Below, in pieces: positions 1-9,124 of a stretch of DNA of 64,000 nucleotides. Below the pieces are notes generated by a model. The model made no database searches. It was not told the origin of the DNA and was given only the letters and a program-made list of their open reading frames with translations. Position numbers and translations under genes: made by a program. Source of the DNA: Kiritimatiellia bacterium (lineage in GTDB: Bacteria > Verrucomicrobiota > Kiritimatiellia > SLOV01); NCBI GenBank assembly GCA_963578625.1, contig CAUZEO010000001.1, positions 14,188 to 78,187 of the forward strand, written 5' to 3'. Within the stretch, counting starts at the first letter, position 1. Each line of letters begins with the position of its first letter.

Positions 1-806
1 GTGTAAATGTTCTTTTCCGGGGCGCCATAGATGACGGCCTGACCGCCTGGAGCAAGCGTCTTCAGACCGGCGACAAACATCGCGTCGGCCCCGGTTGCCT
101 CGGCAAAATAGTCCGCGCCGCGGCCTCCGGTCAGTGCCTTGACCACCTCTCCCGGATTCTCGCTGGTGACATTCACGCCGGCATTGGCGCCGAATTTTTT
201 CGCCAACTCGATCCGCTCGTCCCTCCGTCCCAGGGCAATGACGGTAGATGCTCCCGCCAGTGCCGCATACATGCAGATTGCGTAACCGGCCAGGCCCGTG
301 CCGCCCACCGCGATGGTCTTGCCTCCAAGAGCGCCGACCTTCCAACTCCAACTGCCGAGTTCGGCGAGACTAATGGCCAGGGAGGCGTCCAGAGGATCGA
401 GATCCAGCGGGGGCCGCATGTGGCGCATGGCCGTATAGTCTTCCTCGGGCAGCGTGGCCGGATCCCGTATGATTCCGTACTCTGCGAATCCGCCCCACCC
501 GCTGAAGTATCCGTCCCGGGATTCCCCGGGATAAATCGCGGCTACTCGCGTCACCCGGTCGCCGGCCTTAAAAGAGGTTACGTTCTTACCAACCTCCTCA
601 ACCACTCCTACGGACTCATGTCCCAGGATCGCCGGATAATTCTCCCGCGGATGATGAACCTGAATCCCCTCCACGATGTGCCGGTCGGTGGTGCCGCATA
701 ACCCGCACACTTCGATCTTCACCAGTGCCTCACCGGGCCCCGGCTCCGGCGGCGGGACGTTCTGAATCTCAACCCGACCCGGCTCTACAACGATTCCTGC
801 TTTCAT
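1..806 (-). CDS. Zn-dependent alcohol dehydrogenase (MDR family), 3' end beyond window start
   Basis: Reverse-strand translation from ATG at 806..804 gives MKAGIVVEPGRVEIQNV...EVCGLCGTTDRH...GHESVGVVEEVG...GGTGLAGYAICMYAALAGAS, the typical MDR catalytic plus Rossmann fold. The frame stays open to position 1. The start overlaps the stop of the downstream gene (ATGA). Confidence 0.6.
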   Translation of the reverse strand, partial: MKAGIVVEPGRVEIQNVPPPEPGPGEALVKIEVCGLCGTTDRHIVEGIQVHHPRENYPAILGHESVGVVEEVGKNVTSFKAGDRVTRVAAIYPGESRDGYFSGWGGFAEYGIIRDPATLPEEDYTAMRHMRPPLDLDPLDASLAISLAELGSWSWKVGALGGKTIAVGGTGLAGYAICMYAALAGASTVIALGRRDERIELAKKFGANAGVNVTSENPGEVVKALTGGRGADYFAEATGADAMFVAGLKTLAPGGQAVIYGAPEKNIY

Positions 807-1810
807 GACCGTCCCCAGTCAAAAACAATTCCGGTAAAATCCTGCGGTCGCTCCACCACCATCGCGTACGCTTCCGGGGCATCCTGCGGCGCAAAGGTGT
901 GCGTGACAAATGAATCCAACTTCAACATGCCCCCGAGCATCAGACGATGGCAGTACTCGTGGGCCTCCTTGGACTGCGCGCATGGGATCCGGATGAGCGC
1001 TCGCTTGCCGTGCAGCCCGTCAAAGCAGATCGGCGTCTCTCCCGGATAGTACCCCTGCAGAATGAACTGCCCTTCCATCTTCAGCAAGTCCCCGGCCTGG
1101 TTCACCACCGGGGCGACACTCGTCGTGTCGACGACGATGTCCGCGCCGGCTTCGGGGATCAGGCCCTTCAACTGCGGAAAGATGGGCCCGCCGTCGAGCA
1201 CCACGCCTTCGTCGCATCCCACCGACAGGGCCTGCTCCACGCGCGATTCCAGCATGTCGGCGACCACAACCCGCGCGCCCTTGGCGCGAAGCACCTGGGC
1301 GGAGCTCTGTCCGATAAGACCCAGCCCCAGGACAACCGCGACGTCGCTGGTCACCACCTTGACCATGTCCGCGCCTCGCGCGGAGACCGATGCCAGTCCG
1401 GCCATCGCCGCCTCGCCATCCGAAATGCCGTCGGGAATCTTGCAGACATACGGCGGCCAGTCGTCCGGCTCCCGGTCCGGCACCAGAGCGTGCGACACGT
1501 GCGTTCCCATCCAGCTGTTCGATGCGTAAGGCTCCGGAAGGCGCGTACTGAAGTAGAAAACCCGGTCCCCTTCGGAAAACCCTTCCCGGGAGGAGCCGAC
1601 CGTCTCCACGACGCCTACCCCCAGGTATCCGGGAATGTTGGGAAAGCTGATCTCCTGCCGCTGACTGATCAGGGCCCAACGCTCGGTGCCCACGCTGATG
1701 CCGGTGCACGTGGCCCGGACCACCAGATCGGTATCCGCGGGCTCCGGCATCTCGATCTCGCGCAGTCCGACCTTCCGATCCGCTTCAAAGACAATGGCTG
1801 TAGCTTTCAA
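803..1810 (-). CDS. MDR-family zinc-binding dehydrogenase
   Basis: 335-aa ORF with GroES-like N-terminus, CTGISVGTE motif and Rossmann motif VVLGLGLIGQSSAQV. Sits in tandem with the upstream MDR gene. Confidence 0.8.
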   Translation of the reverse strand: MKATAIVFEADRKVGLREIEMPEPADTDLVVRATCTGISVGTERWALISQRQEISFPNIPGYLGVGVVETVGSSREGFSEGDRVFYFSTRLPEPYASNSWMGTHVSHALVPDREPDDWPPYVCKIPDGISDGEAAMAGLASVSARGADMVKVVTSDVAVVLGLGLIGQSSAQVLRAKGARVVVADMLESRVEQALSVGCDEGVVLDGGPIFPQLKGLIPEAGADIVVDTTSVAPVVNQAGDLLKMEGQFILQGYYPGETPICFDGLHGKRALIRIPCAQSKEAHEYCHRLMLGGMLKLDSFVTHTFAPQDAPEAYAMVVERPQDFTGIVFDWGRS

Positions 1811-1938
1811 TATTCAAACCTCTCTTCGCTTGCAAGTTGCAGGAACCACCAAGTACACAAAATACCCACCGAAGCCAAGCCGTAACCAAACGGATTTTGA
1901 ACAGATTATTTTCTTTCTTTCGCCTATTTCGTGGTTCC

Positions 1939-2883
1939 TCACTCCGTATTGAATTCAGGGTCCCGTCCGCGGAATTCGTCTTCCAATCGTTCTCGGATTT
2001 CCGGTGAGAGGGGCGGCAGCGCAGTGGTTTCTATGCACTGGCGGGTTTGCTCCTCCGTTCTGGCTCCGAGGACGACGTTCGACACACCCTCCCGGTCCAG
2101 CGCAAAGCGAACGGCGACCTGGGTCAGGGTCTCATACGGCGGGACAACGGCCCATAGTTTCATCTCTTGAGCACACTGCAGGATGATAGCGAGGCTCTCG
2201 TTTCCCCATCTGCCCCGGGGATCATCAGGCCGCTCGAAGGAATCTCCCGGCACATACTTCCCCGCGAGGAAACCGTCTTCCAATACCGTTCGGGCCACAA
2301 TCCCGACATTGGCGTCCGAAGCTTCCCCAAAGATTTCGGCAGTCCCCTGCCGGAAAATGCTGTAAATGACCATGAGCACGTCCACCCGGCCGGACTGAAT
2401 TGCATTGCGGCAAAGCCCGATGGTTTGGGGCGTCACATCCGCTCCCTTGATTGATGACCCGATCGCCCGAATTTTCCCCTCTTGCCGTAGCTGCTCATAC
2501 GTGCCGAGGACAACCTCCAATTCCGCCGGATCAATCGGGGGTTCGTGCATGTAATAGAGGTCGATGCAATCGCGCCCGAGCAACCGCAGCGACTCCTCCA
2601 ATTCGCGCCGGATGTCGGCGGGATCTGTCTCCCAGGTCTTACTGGCGATGATCAGGTCGGCCGGGTACCCGTTCTTCCGAAAATACTCCCCGATGTATCG
2701 CTCGCTGTTCCCGTACCCGCGAGCCGTATCGATGAAGTTCCCCCCTTGCTCAACAAAGGACCGAAGTACAGAAAACGCATTTTCCTCAGAGATCCGGCCA
2801 TGGCCCGCACTGGCGATCTGCCCAGCACCCAAGCTGATCTCCGAAACCTCGAAACCGGTTTTACCTAGTACACGGCGACGCAT
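1939..2883 (-). CDS. Aldo/keto reductase
   Basis: Canonical AKR start MRRRVLGKTGFEVSEISLGAG, then IDTARGYG and a C-terminal AKR core. The ORF extends to 3057, but the internal ATG at 2883 matches the family N-terminus. Confidence 0.8.
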   Translation of the reverse strand: MRRRVLGKTGFEVSEISLGAGQIASAGHGRISEENAFSVLRSFVEQGGNFIDTARGYGNSERYIGEYFRKNGYPADLIIASKTWETDPADIRRELEESLRLLGRDCIDLYYMHEPPIDPAELEVVLGTYEQLRQEGKIRAIGSSIKGADVTPQTIGLCRNAIQSGRVDVLMVIYSIFRQGTAEIFGEASDANVGIVARTVLEDGFLAGKYVPGDSFERPDDPRGRWGNESLAIILQCAQEMKLWAVVPPYETLTQVAVRFALDREGVSNVVLGARTEEQTRQCIETTALPPLSPEIRERLEDEFRGRDPEFNTE

Positions 2884-2959
2884 GAGAATTGTGTTCAACG
2901 ACGAAATACACGAAACACATGAAAATCCGGATTCTGATCTTTTCCGGGCATTTCGTGGT

Positions 2960-3358
2960 TCAGCGAAGTTTGTTCCACCCCTGCTCCTCCTGCTTCGGAG
3001 GTCCCGGCGGAGGAGGGCTGAAGGCATAGTAGTAGCAGAGGTCTCCCGGGCCCTCATTGATCGACTGGTGCCGGACTCCCGCCGGAATGTACACCGTCAT
3101 CCCCTCCCGGACCGTATACTCCTCGTCTTCCAGCAAAAGTTTCCCTTCGCCGCAGACAACATAATAAATCTCCGCCTCCTTCGGATGAACATCCGGTTCC
3201 GACCGGTTGCCCGGCGTCAACCGCCACAATCCGGCGCAGATGTCTTTCGCACCGCACGCGTCCTCTCCAATCAGCAGGGATACCGTGCGGGACCCGTCGG
3301 GGGCCTGCCACAATTCCTGTTGTTCCGGGTCAATAACACAATTCTCATACTTGGGCAT
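2960..3358 (-). CDS. Cupin domain protein
   Basis: 132 aa with cupin motifs (HPKEAEIYYVVCGEG ... YIPAGVRH). Confidence 0.65.
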   Translation of the reverse strand: MPKYENCVIDPEQQELWQAPDGSRTVSLLIGEDACGAKDICAGLWRLTPGNRSEPDVHPKEAEIYYVVCGEGKLLLEDEEYTVREGMTVYIPAGVRHQSINEGPGDLCYYYAFSPPPPGPPKQEEQGWNKLR

Positions 3359-3381
3359 GCTGACTCTCCTTTATTATAGAA

Positions 3382-4137
3382 TTACACGAGAAGGGACCCG
3401 CCATTGACATGAAGGGTTGCGCCGGTCACATAGGTCGATCGCCCGGACACCAGGTAGAATACCGCGTCCGCGATCTCGCGCGCAGTGCCCTGGCGCTTCA
3501 AGGGCGCCGCTTCTTTAAATTCCTGCTTCTGGCACTCCCCGAAGCTGTCGGTCATCGGGGTGTCGATCGATCCCGGCGCGATTGCATTTACCAGGATCCC
3601 GTCCTTCGCATGTACTTTCGCGGCAGACTTGGTCATGGCGATCATGCCCGCCTTGCTCGCGCCATAGGCCGGATGTGCGCAGACACTCCCGAGCACGGCC
3701 CCGGCCGACGAAATGTTGACCACCCGCCCGTACTTCCTTGCCTGCATGTGGGAAAGAACAGCCTTGAAACAGATGAACGCGGAATTCAAGTTCGTGTTGA
3801 TGACATGATTCCAGTTGTCCAATGTCGTATCCGCCCACGTCGTCGTCGGCGCGATCCCGGCGACGTTCACCAGGATATCGATACGTTCAAACCGCTCTAT
3901 GGTGGAGGCGACCATGCGGTTGACCTCATCTTCCCTGGAAACGTCCGTCGCGGAAACCAGTACCTCCGTGGAAGTCTTTCCGCGCACGGAATCTCCCACA
4001 ACCTCCAGGCCGTCTGCATTGATGTCGGCCAACGTAAGTCCGGAAATGCCCTCCTCTGCAAGCACCTCGGCCACGGCTTTGCCAATGCCGGAAGCGGCAC
4101 CGGTGACAATCGCAACTTGACTGGTTAGTTCATCCAT
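3382..4137 (-). CDS. SDR family oxidoreductase
   Basis: VAIVTGAASGIGKA glycine-rich motif, NVAG, and YGASKAG catalytic Y-x3-K. Confidence 0.85.
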   Translation of the reverse strand: MDELTSQVAIVTGAASGIGKAVAEVLAEEGISGLTLADINADGLEVVGDSVRGKTSTEVLVSATDVSREDEVNRMVASTIERFERIDILVNVAGIAPTTTWADTTLDNWNHVINTNLNSAFICFKAVLSHMQARKYGRVVNISSAGAVLGSVCAHPAYGASKAGMIAMTKSAAKVHAKDGILVNAIAPGSIDTPMTDSFGECQKQEFKEAAPLKRQGTAREIADAVFYLVSGRSTYVTGATLHVNGGSLLV

Positions 4138-5092
4138 TACGAAGTGGCCCCAGGTCTCCGAAACTTCCCGGAGGCTTCCCTCTGAATTCGGGGCTCCGGC
4201 AGCGCAATTCCCTCGCCCTTTCGAAGTAGTCCGTCTTCAATTCTATCCCATACTCCTTCGCCAGGTCCTCCGCGCTACGATCCGCGAGGTACGACGTGAT
4301 CAACACATTTTCCTCTTTGTCCATTTTCACGATCGTCACACCCCCTCCGAGGTCACCCTCCATTGCTGCGATCTGCTCCTCGTTCCAATTGGCGTGGGCG
4401 ACAACGAAATCCAAGCCGATTTCGGCAGTCACGATCGGTCGGTCTTTACTACTCTCCGTCAACCAGCGCCCCAGCGGATCGACTACAAATCCTCCCTGGT
4501 ACCCACCTTCGCCGGTCACCTGCGCGGAGGCGATGTAGTATTGATTCTGGATCGCGCGAACGATGTTGTGCGCACCGGCATGGTAAAAGGAGGGGAAGAG
4601 AACGAGCTTGGCATGATGCTCCCCCAGGCCGTTCATGATCTCATCGAAATTCATATCGAAGCAAGTGGCGGCGCCGATGCGCCCCCAGGGGGTGTCGAAC
4701 ACCTTCACCTCCTCCCCCGGTACCACGCCGGCCGCTAACTCGCCGGTTGTCGGAAACATCTTGTCGTACACCCCGATGAGATCGCCCTTGTCATCGATCA
4801 GGAACATGGAGTTCCGATAACCGACCTCATCTTTCGAAAACGTCCCCCCGGCAACCCATGTACCGTGCTGGTTTGCGATCGCTCCCAGCCGATCCGTCAA
4901 CGGACCGGGCAGAGAATCCGCAACCGGCAGCGCCTCCTCGATCGGTATCCCGAAATACGGGAAGAGCTCCGGCAAAAGCACCAGGTCCGGGGATTCCGCG
5001 AGCGCAACCTCGAGATGCTGTACCGCAACATCGACGTTCTCCTCAATCGAGCGAACATCGCTGTACTTCAGACTGACGGTGGAAATCTTCAT
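4130..5092 (-). CDS. Carbon-nitrogen hydrolase (nitrilase superfamily) protein
   Basis: LVLLPELF (catalytic Glu region) and GAATCFDMNFDE (catalytic Cys) are typical of the CN-hydrolase family. Confidence 0.7.
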   Translation of the reverse strand: MKISTVSLKYSDVRSIEENVDVAVQHLEVALAESPDLVLLPELFPYFGIPIEEALPVADSLPGPLTDRLGAIANQHGTWVAGGTFSKDEVGYRNSMFLIDDKGDLIGVYDKMFPTTGELAAGVVPGEEVKVFDTPWGRIGAATCFDMNFDEIMNGLGEHHAKLVLFPSFYHAGAHNIVRAIQNQYYIASAQVTGEGGYQGGFVVDPLGRWLTESSKDRPIVTAEIGLDFVVAHANWNEEQIAAMEGDLGGGVTIVKMDKEENVLITSYLADRSAEDLAKEYGIELKTDYFERARELRCRSPEFRGKPPGSFGDLGPLRNG

Positions 5093-5892
5093 CCGGCAGC
5101 CGTGGTCTCGATTTCCTTCAATTGCCGTTGCCCGACAAGTTTGACTTCCGCATCCGCGGTTTTTTCGAAAGAGACGCGATTGTCGACATGCGCCTTGGAA
5201 TTATTCACCGAGACATTGCTCATCGTCGTGTAGCAACTGATAAACGACCAGCGCGCCTGCGCGCTCTTGTTGGCATCGGAGCGGTGCAGCATATTCCCGT
5301 GAAAAAACAGGGCGGTACCCGGATCCATCTCACAATATACTAGTTCAAGATGCTTCAACGCGTCCTCCACCCGCTTCAAATCGGCGCCGGCCTGAGTTCC
5401 GGCTTTTCCGTGCTCGACGCGGCCCATCCGGTGAGACCCGCGGATGACCTGCAGGCAACCATTCTCTTTCGTCGCCCGGTTGACCGCGATCATGCAGCTC
5501 GCCGTATCGGGAAACAGCAGACCGTCGTAATCGTCCTGGTACCAGTAGCCGTAGTCCTGGTGCCATTCCCACGCGCCGCCCACATGCGGATCTTTCAGCA
5601 TCATCTTGTGGTGAAAGTGGTACACCTTGTCCCGCAGCACCTGCTCGAGCGGGTTGACGATCCGCTCGCACTTCGCGAATGCGCTAAACACATCGTCCCC
5701 CAGTTCCTCGGTAAGCCAGATCCGGCTGACTCCGCCCTCGGCATCGCGGTCGGCGTAGGAATCTCGGGCGACCTGCTCGCTCTTCTCGGTGATGCGCTGC
5801 AGGAGCTCGACCTCCTCGGAGTCGAAGAGTCCTTCGACGAAGAGAACGCCATCGCGGTCAAATTGTCGAATCTGTTGTTCAGTCAGTGTCAT
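5089..5892 (-). CDS. Phytanoyl-CoA dioxygenase (PhyH) family Fe(II)/2OG oxygenase
   Basis: N-terminal MTLTEQQIRQFDRDGVLFVEGLFD, then HQDYGYW and HRSDAN motifs. The ORF extends to 5940; the internal Met at 5892 matches the family N-terminus. Confidence 0.75.
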   Translation of the reverse strand: MTLTEQQIRQFDRDGVLFVEGLFDSEEVELLQRITEKSEQVARDSYADRDAEGGVSRIWLTEELGDDVFSAFAKCERIVNPLEQVLRDKVYHFHHKMMLKDPHVGGAWEWHQDYGYWYQDDYDGLLFPDTASCMIAVNRATKENGCLQVIRGSHRMGRVEHGKAGTQAGADLKRVEDALKHLELVYCEMDPGTALFFHGNMLHRSDANKSAQARWSFISCYTTMSNVSVNNSKAHVDNRVSFEKTADAEVKLVGQRQLKEIETTAAG

Positions 5893-6634
5893 CTGGTTGA
5901 GAATCCGAAAAGCTGAAATTTCGACGCAAGGAGTTCTCACTCAAGGCCGGCAGGTCTTTGGGGTAAACGGATATAAGCCGCTTCCCCTCCTGCTGGTAAA
6001 GCATCTTTTTCTTATACATGCTCATATTGTATTGCGGGGTGTCCATGCCCCAATACTCGATGTACACATCCAGTTCAGAAAGATAAAAATCCGGACGGAT
6101 CTGGAATTCCTTAATGATCCGATACTTGGTGTCATATCGGTACGCAAGGCCCTGAGCCGTCAGCCATTCGGCGATCTTACCCTCGCCCTCGGACTGCACA
6201 AGCGTTCCATCGCGAGCCTCGACGGTCTTGTTGATCTCGACCTGGGTTTCGAAGTTTCGTCGTTCCAGGAATACCTCGTCGAAACAGCGGTCGTAGAAGA
6301 CGCGTTGAAAAGCTTCGCTGGAGCGGCCATGCTCCTCGGGCGAGACTGCGGTGTTGCAGCGCTGGCAGCGGTGCTTAACGCCGGCTTCGGTATCTTGAGA
6401 AGCCAGGTCAATGGCATCTGCAGTGGTCTTCGCGGCAGCGCGGACATAGTCGCGGCTCGCGGGGTTTCGCGCGAGGTCGCGGAGATCGTTGACCTGGGCT
6501 TGCGCCTCAGCGCCAAATTTTTTCAGCGCGCGGATCGCGTATTGCTGCGTCTGCGCATGCGGCCCTTTCAGCGCAATCGGCGCCAGCGCCGCTTGGTGCT
6601 CTTTGGGTAGCATCGGGCTTTTCATGGCGTCCAT
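5879..6634 (-). CDS. Hypothetical protein with C-terminal restriction-endonuclease-like (DUF559/Vsr-like) motif
   Basis: ORF continues to 6802, which would overlap the upstream gene, so the Met at 6634 is preferred. The C-terminus reads GKIAEWLTAQGLAYRYD...IRPDFYLSELDVYIEYWG, resembling PD-(D/E)xK / DUF559 cores. The N-terminus is HEAT-like helical. No database check was possible. Confidence 0.45.
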   Translation of the reverse strand: MDAMKSPMLPKEHQAALAPIALKGPHAQTQQYAIRALKKFGAEAQAQVNDLRDLARNPASRDYVRAAAKTTADAIDLASQDTEAGVKHRCQRCNTAVSPEEHGRSSEAFQRVFYDRCFDEVFLERRNFETQVEINKTVEARDGTLVQSEGEGKIAEWLTAQGLAYRYDTKYRIIKEFQIRPDFYLSELDVYIEYWGMDTPQYNMSMYKKKMLYQQEGKRLISVYPKDLPALSENSLRRNFSFSDSQPDDTD

Positions 6635-6794
6635 CCATCCACTCGCTGCCGCTCGCCGACTCGAAAGCCGGTCGCATCGGCAAGCGAAACGAGTCGGTGC
6701 GTGTTCTTTTCCAGCCAATTCATCCGCAGTCCACCTACTCGAATCCAGACGAAAAGTCGAGAGTTGGCCTGAAAATAGAGCGCTTTCCACAACC

Positions 6795-9002
6795 TCAAGC
6801 AAACTTCAAGAATGAATCTTCACACGTCAGCTCGTAAATCCGAACATCCGTCGCCGGCAACGCGGCAAGCAACTTGCCGTCCTCGATGCAGGTTTCCCCA
6901 CTGGAAAGCCATTCGTGGCAGGACTCGATTTGCGTGCCCTTCACCTCGACCGTACCGTCCCACGGCGCTTCGGCATTGTTGATCAGCGTGACCAGGAGCT
7001 TGTAGGGATCATCCGTTACATTCACGATCGACTGGATCGGCCGCCCCTTGATCTTGATGAGCGTATAGGATTCCAGCACGGATCCCACGATCTCCTGCAC
7101 CACCTTCAGGAAATTCACTGGGGGGAACGGCCGGCCCCGGATAAAGTCGTTCCGGTAGCTCATGTCCCAGGGCAGGTCCTCCCGCTTGTGCCAGACGTAG
7201 TCGGGCCGCTCGCCGTTGGCCCAGAACACCGGCGTCACAACAAACACATGGCCGTCACCCACCTTGTTCAAGCACACGAGCGGATGTCCCGCGTCGTTCG
7301 TTGCCAACACTTCCGCGCCGTCAGTCTCCACCAGGTCGTAAACGTATTCGGCCTCACGATAGGTTTTGCCGGTGACGAGGCTTTTTGCCGTGGCGTCCTT
7401 CAGGTCCTTGTCCTTCACCGTCACGCCCGCGAGGTCCGCGATGCCGCCGGTCATCTGCCGAGTACACAGGACGACCGAGCGGCCGGAGCGCACGAATGCT
7501 TCCAGGTTCGCCGCGAAACCCGCGTCGTCGGGCATCTGTCCCAACAGCACCACGGCCTGGTACTTCTTCAATGCGTCCTCCGACGCATTGTGCAGGAGCA
7601 CGTCGAAAGAATCGCCGAACGGGGTGGGGGTCAGGCAGCCGCGCTGATTTGGCGCATAGGCGTACTCGCCATACCCGGGATAAACCCAGTGGAAAAACTG
7701 GTCGATCTGGAAGTCACCCATATTGTAGGGGATGTTGCCCCATACCCGTTCCGGTTCACTCTGCCCCAGGCCCTTGTGAATGGGCGGGCACCAGCCGTGA
7801 TGGAAATCCAGAACCAGGGCCACTGGTGAGTACTGCACGCCTCGATTCGGACGCGCGCGCGTGATCCAGACCCACTTGCGGAATTCCCGGCCGAACGGGG
7901 TAAGGTTGTGCTCGAGATCGGAACCCCGGTGCAGGTTTCTCCGCTGCACGTCCGACGCCACGTCGCACACCGATGCGTTCTCCCGCTCCACCGGCAAATC
8001 GGGCCGGACGCCTTCCGCCTCGATTCCGGAGAAGTCCTTGGGCAGACCGCACATGTCGTCGTAGAAGAGTCCGCCCTCCGTGCCGCACAGACTGAATCCA
8101 TACATGTACGCAGCAAACCAGAGCCGCTTGGCCAGGTGGGTGGAAATTCCGCCGTCGGGGTAGCCGTATTGAAATTCGATTTTGATGCCCCGGCCTTCTT
8201 TCGGGTAGCACTTGGTACCATAGAAATCAGGCTTCTGCTCGATGCTCGGGATGAACATCGAGATGTGCCCATGTGTGAGCAGGTCGTACTGGCGGGAAGC
8301 GCCCCGCAGAAACGCGCATCGCATGATGCTGCTCTGCAGGCCGGTGCCGAGCTCCAGCCCAATCATGCGATGATTCAGTTCCGCATAATAGTGCGAAAAT
8401 CCCAGGCTCCCGATGGTGACCACGTAATGGTGAAACATCACGTCCAGGGTATCGCGGGAAAATCGAACAAAATCCTCGTAGGCTTCCTTCCGGCTGCGTT
8501 CCGGAGATTGTTTGGGCCAATTAAAGGAGCCGAAGACATATTGGCCAAGGTACTCCCCATCCTGCTCCCCGTTCTCCCACCCGAGAAACCGCGGGCCGAA
8601 GGTTTCCATCAGGAATTCCTGCACATCATCGGGCACCACCATTTCGCCGGAGCCCAGGTTGAAAGGAATGCCGTGGCGGATGCCCCAGATGCTGTTGATG
8701 ATCAGCCCTTTCTCGGCATACTTTTTCGCAATCTCGCGCCACCCCGGCTCCTCGCCGTCCTGCGGCCGGTTCACCCACATCCAGGCGGTGAATGGCCGGA
8801 TGGCGGTGGCAAAGTCATAGTCGAACATCGCGTTGTAGATCAGGTAATCGTTCCACCCCATCTGCACGCTCTCCTGGAAGTCTTTGGGAAGATCCCGCCT
8901 GGCCACCGGCTTCGGCTCGACCTGGTTGTACCGGGGGCTGTCCTCCGGCGTGATGGGCTTGTTGGGGATCGGGTGCAGGGTCAGTTCGGGCAACGTGGAC
9001 AT
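6795..9002 (-). CDS. Uncharacterised large protein, paralog family A, copy A1 (no signal peptide)
   Basis: 735-aa ORF collinear with 25429..27687 and 36320..38524. Shared blocks: DPKPVARRDLPKDFQESVQMGW, IWGIRHG, FGPRF.GWENGEQD, ERSRKEAYEDFVRFS, QYDLLTH, FVRSGR.VVLCTRQ. The layout looks like an N-terminal catalytic domain, an alpha/beta 'AVVLLG.MPDD' domain and a C-terminal beta-sandwich. Confidence 0.85.
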   Translation of the reverse strand: MSTLPELTLHPIPNKPITPEDSPRYNQVEPKPVARRDLPKDFQESVQMGWNDYLIYNAMFDYDFATAIRPFTAWMWVNRPQDGEEPGWREIAKKYAEKGLIINSIWGIRHGIPFNLGSGEMVVPDDVQEFLMETFGPRFLGWENGEQDGEYLGQYVFGSFNWPKQSPERSRKEAYEDFVRFSRDTLDVMFHHYVVTIGSLGFSHYYAELNHRMIGLELGTGLQSSIMRCAFLRGASRQYDLLTHGHISMFIPSIEQKPDFYGTKCYPKEGRGIKIEFQYGYPDGGISTHLAKRLWFAAYMYGFSLCGTEGGLFYDDMCGLPKDFSGIEAEGVRPDLPVERENASVCDVASDVQRRNLHRGSDLEHNLTPFGREFRKWVWITRARPNRGVQYSPVALVLDFHHGWCPPIHKGLGQSEPERVWGNIPYNMGDFQIDQFFHWVYPGYGEYAYAPNQRGCLTPTPFGDSFDVLLHNASEDALKKYQAVVLLGQMPDDAGFAANLEAFVRSGRSVVLCTRQMTGGIADLAGVTVKDKDLKDATAKSLVTGKTYREAEYVYDLVETDGAEVLATNDAGHPLVCLNKVGDGHVFVVTPVFWANGERPDYVWHKREDLPWDMSYRNDFIRGRPFPPVNFLKVVQEIVGSVLESYTLIKIKGRPIQSIVNVTDDPYKLLVTLINNAEAPWDGTVEVKGTQIESCHEWLSSGETCIEDGKLLAALPATDVRIYELTCEDSFLKFA

Positions 9003-9124
9003 GGCTCTCTCCTGTAGGCGAATTTTAAACTCCGGAAAATCTGCCCTAGCCTTGGAAGGATGTCGAGAATTTCACTCACGCCCTATAGATTACTTCGCCT
9101 TGGCCATGCGGAGAACAAATTGTC

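Noticed and set aside
420-701. 93-aa plus-strand ORF at the window start
   Set aside because: It is wholly antisense to the partial MDR dehydrogenase gene, which has strong motifs.
947-1885. Long plus-strand ORF (312 aa) and many similar 100–500-aa ORFs antisense to called genes (e.g. 3409..4128, 5789..6610, 7908..9017, 36713..38032, 40848..42302, 43923..44999, 47915..49231, 53918..55267, 61037..62572)
   Set aside because: They are Arg/Gly/Pro-rich with low-complexity composition, typical of the antisense frame in high-GC DNA. The opposite strand encodes proteins with clear family motifs.
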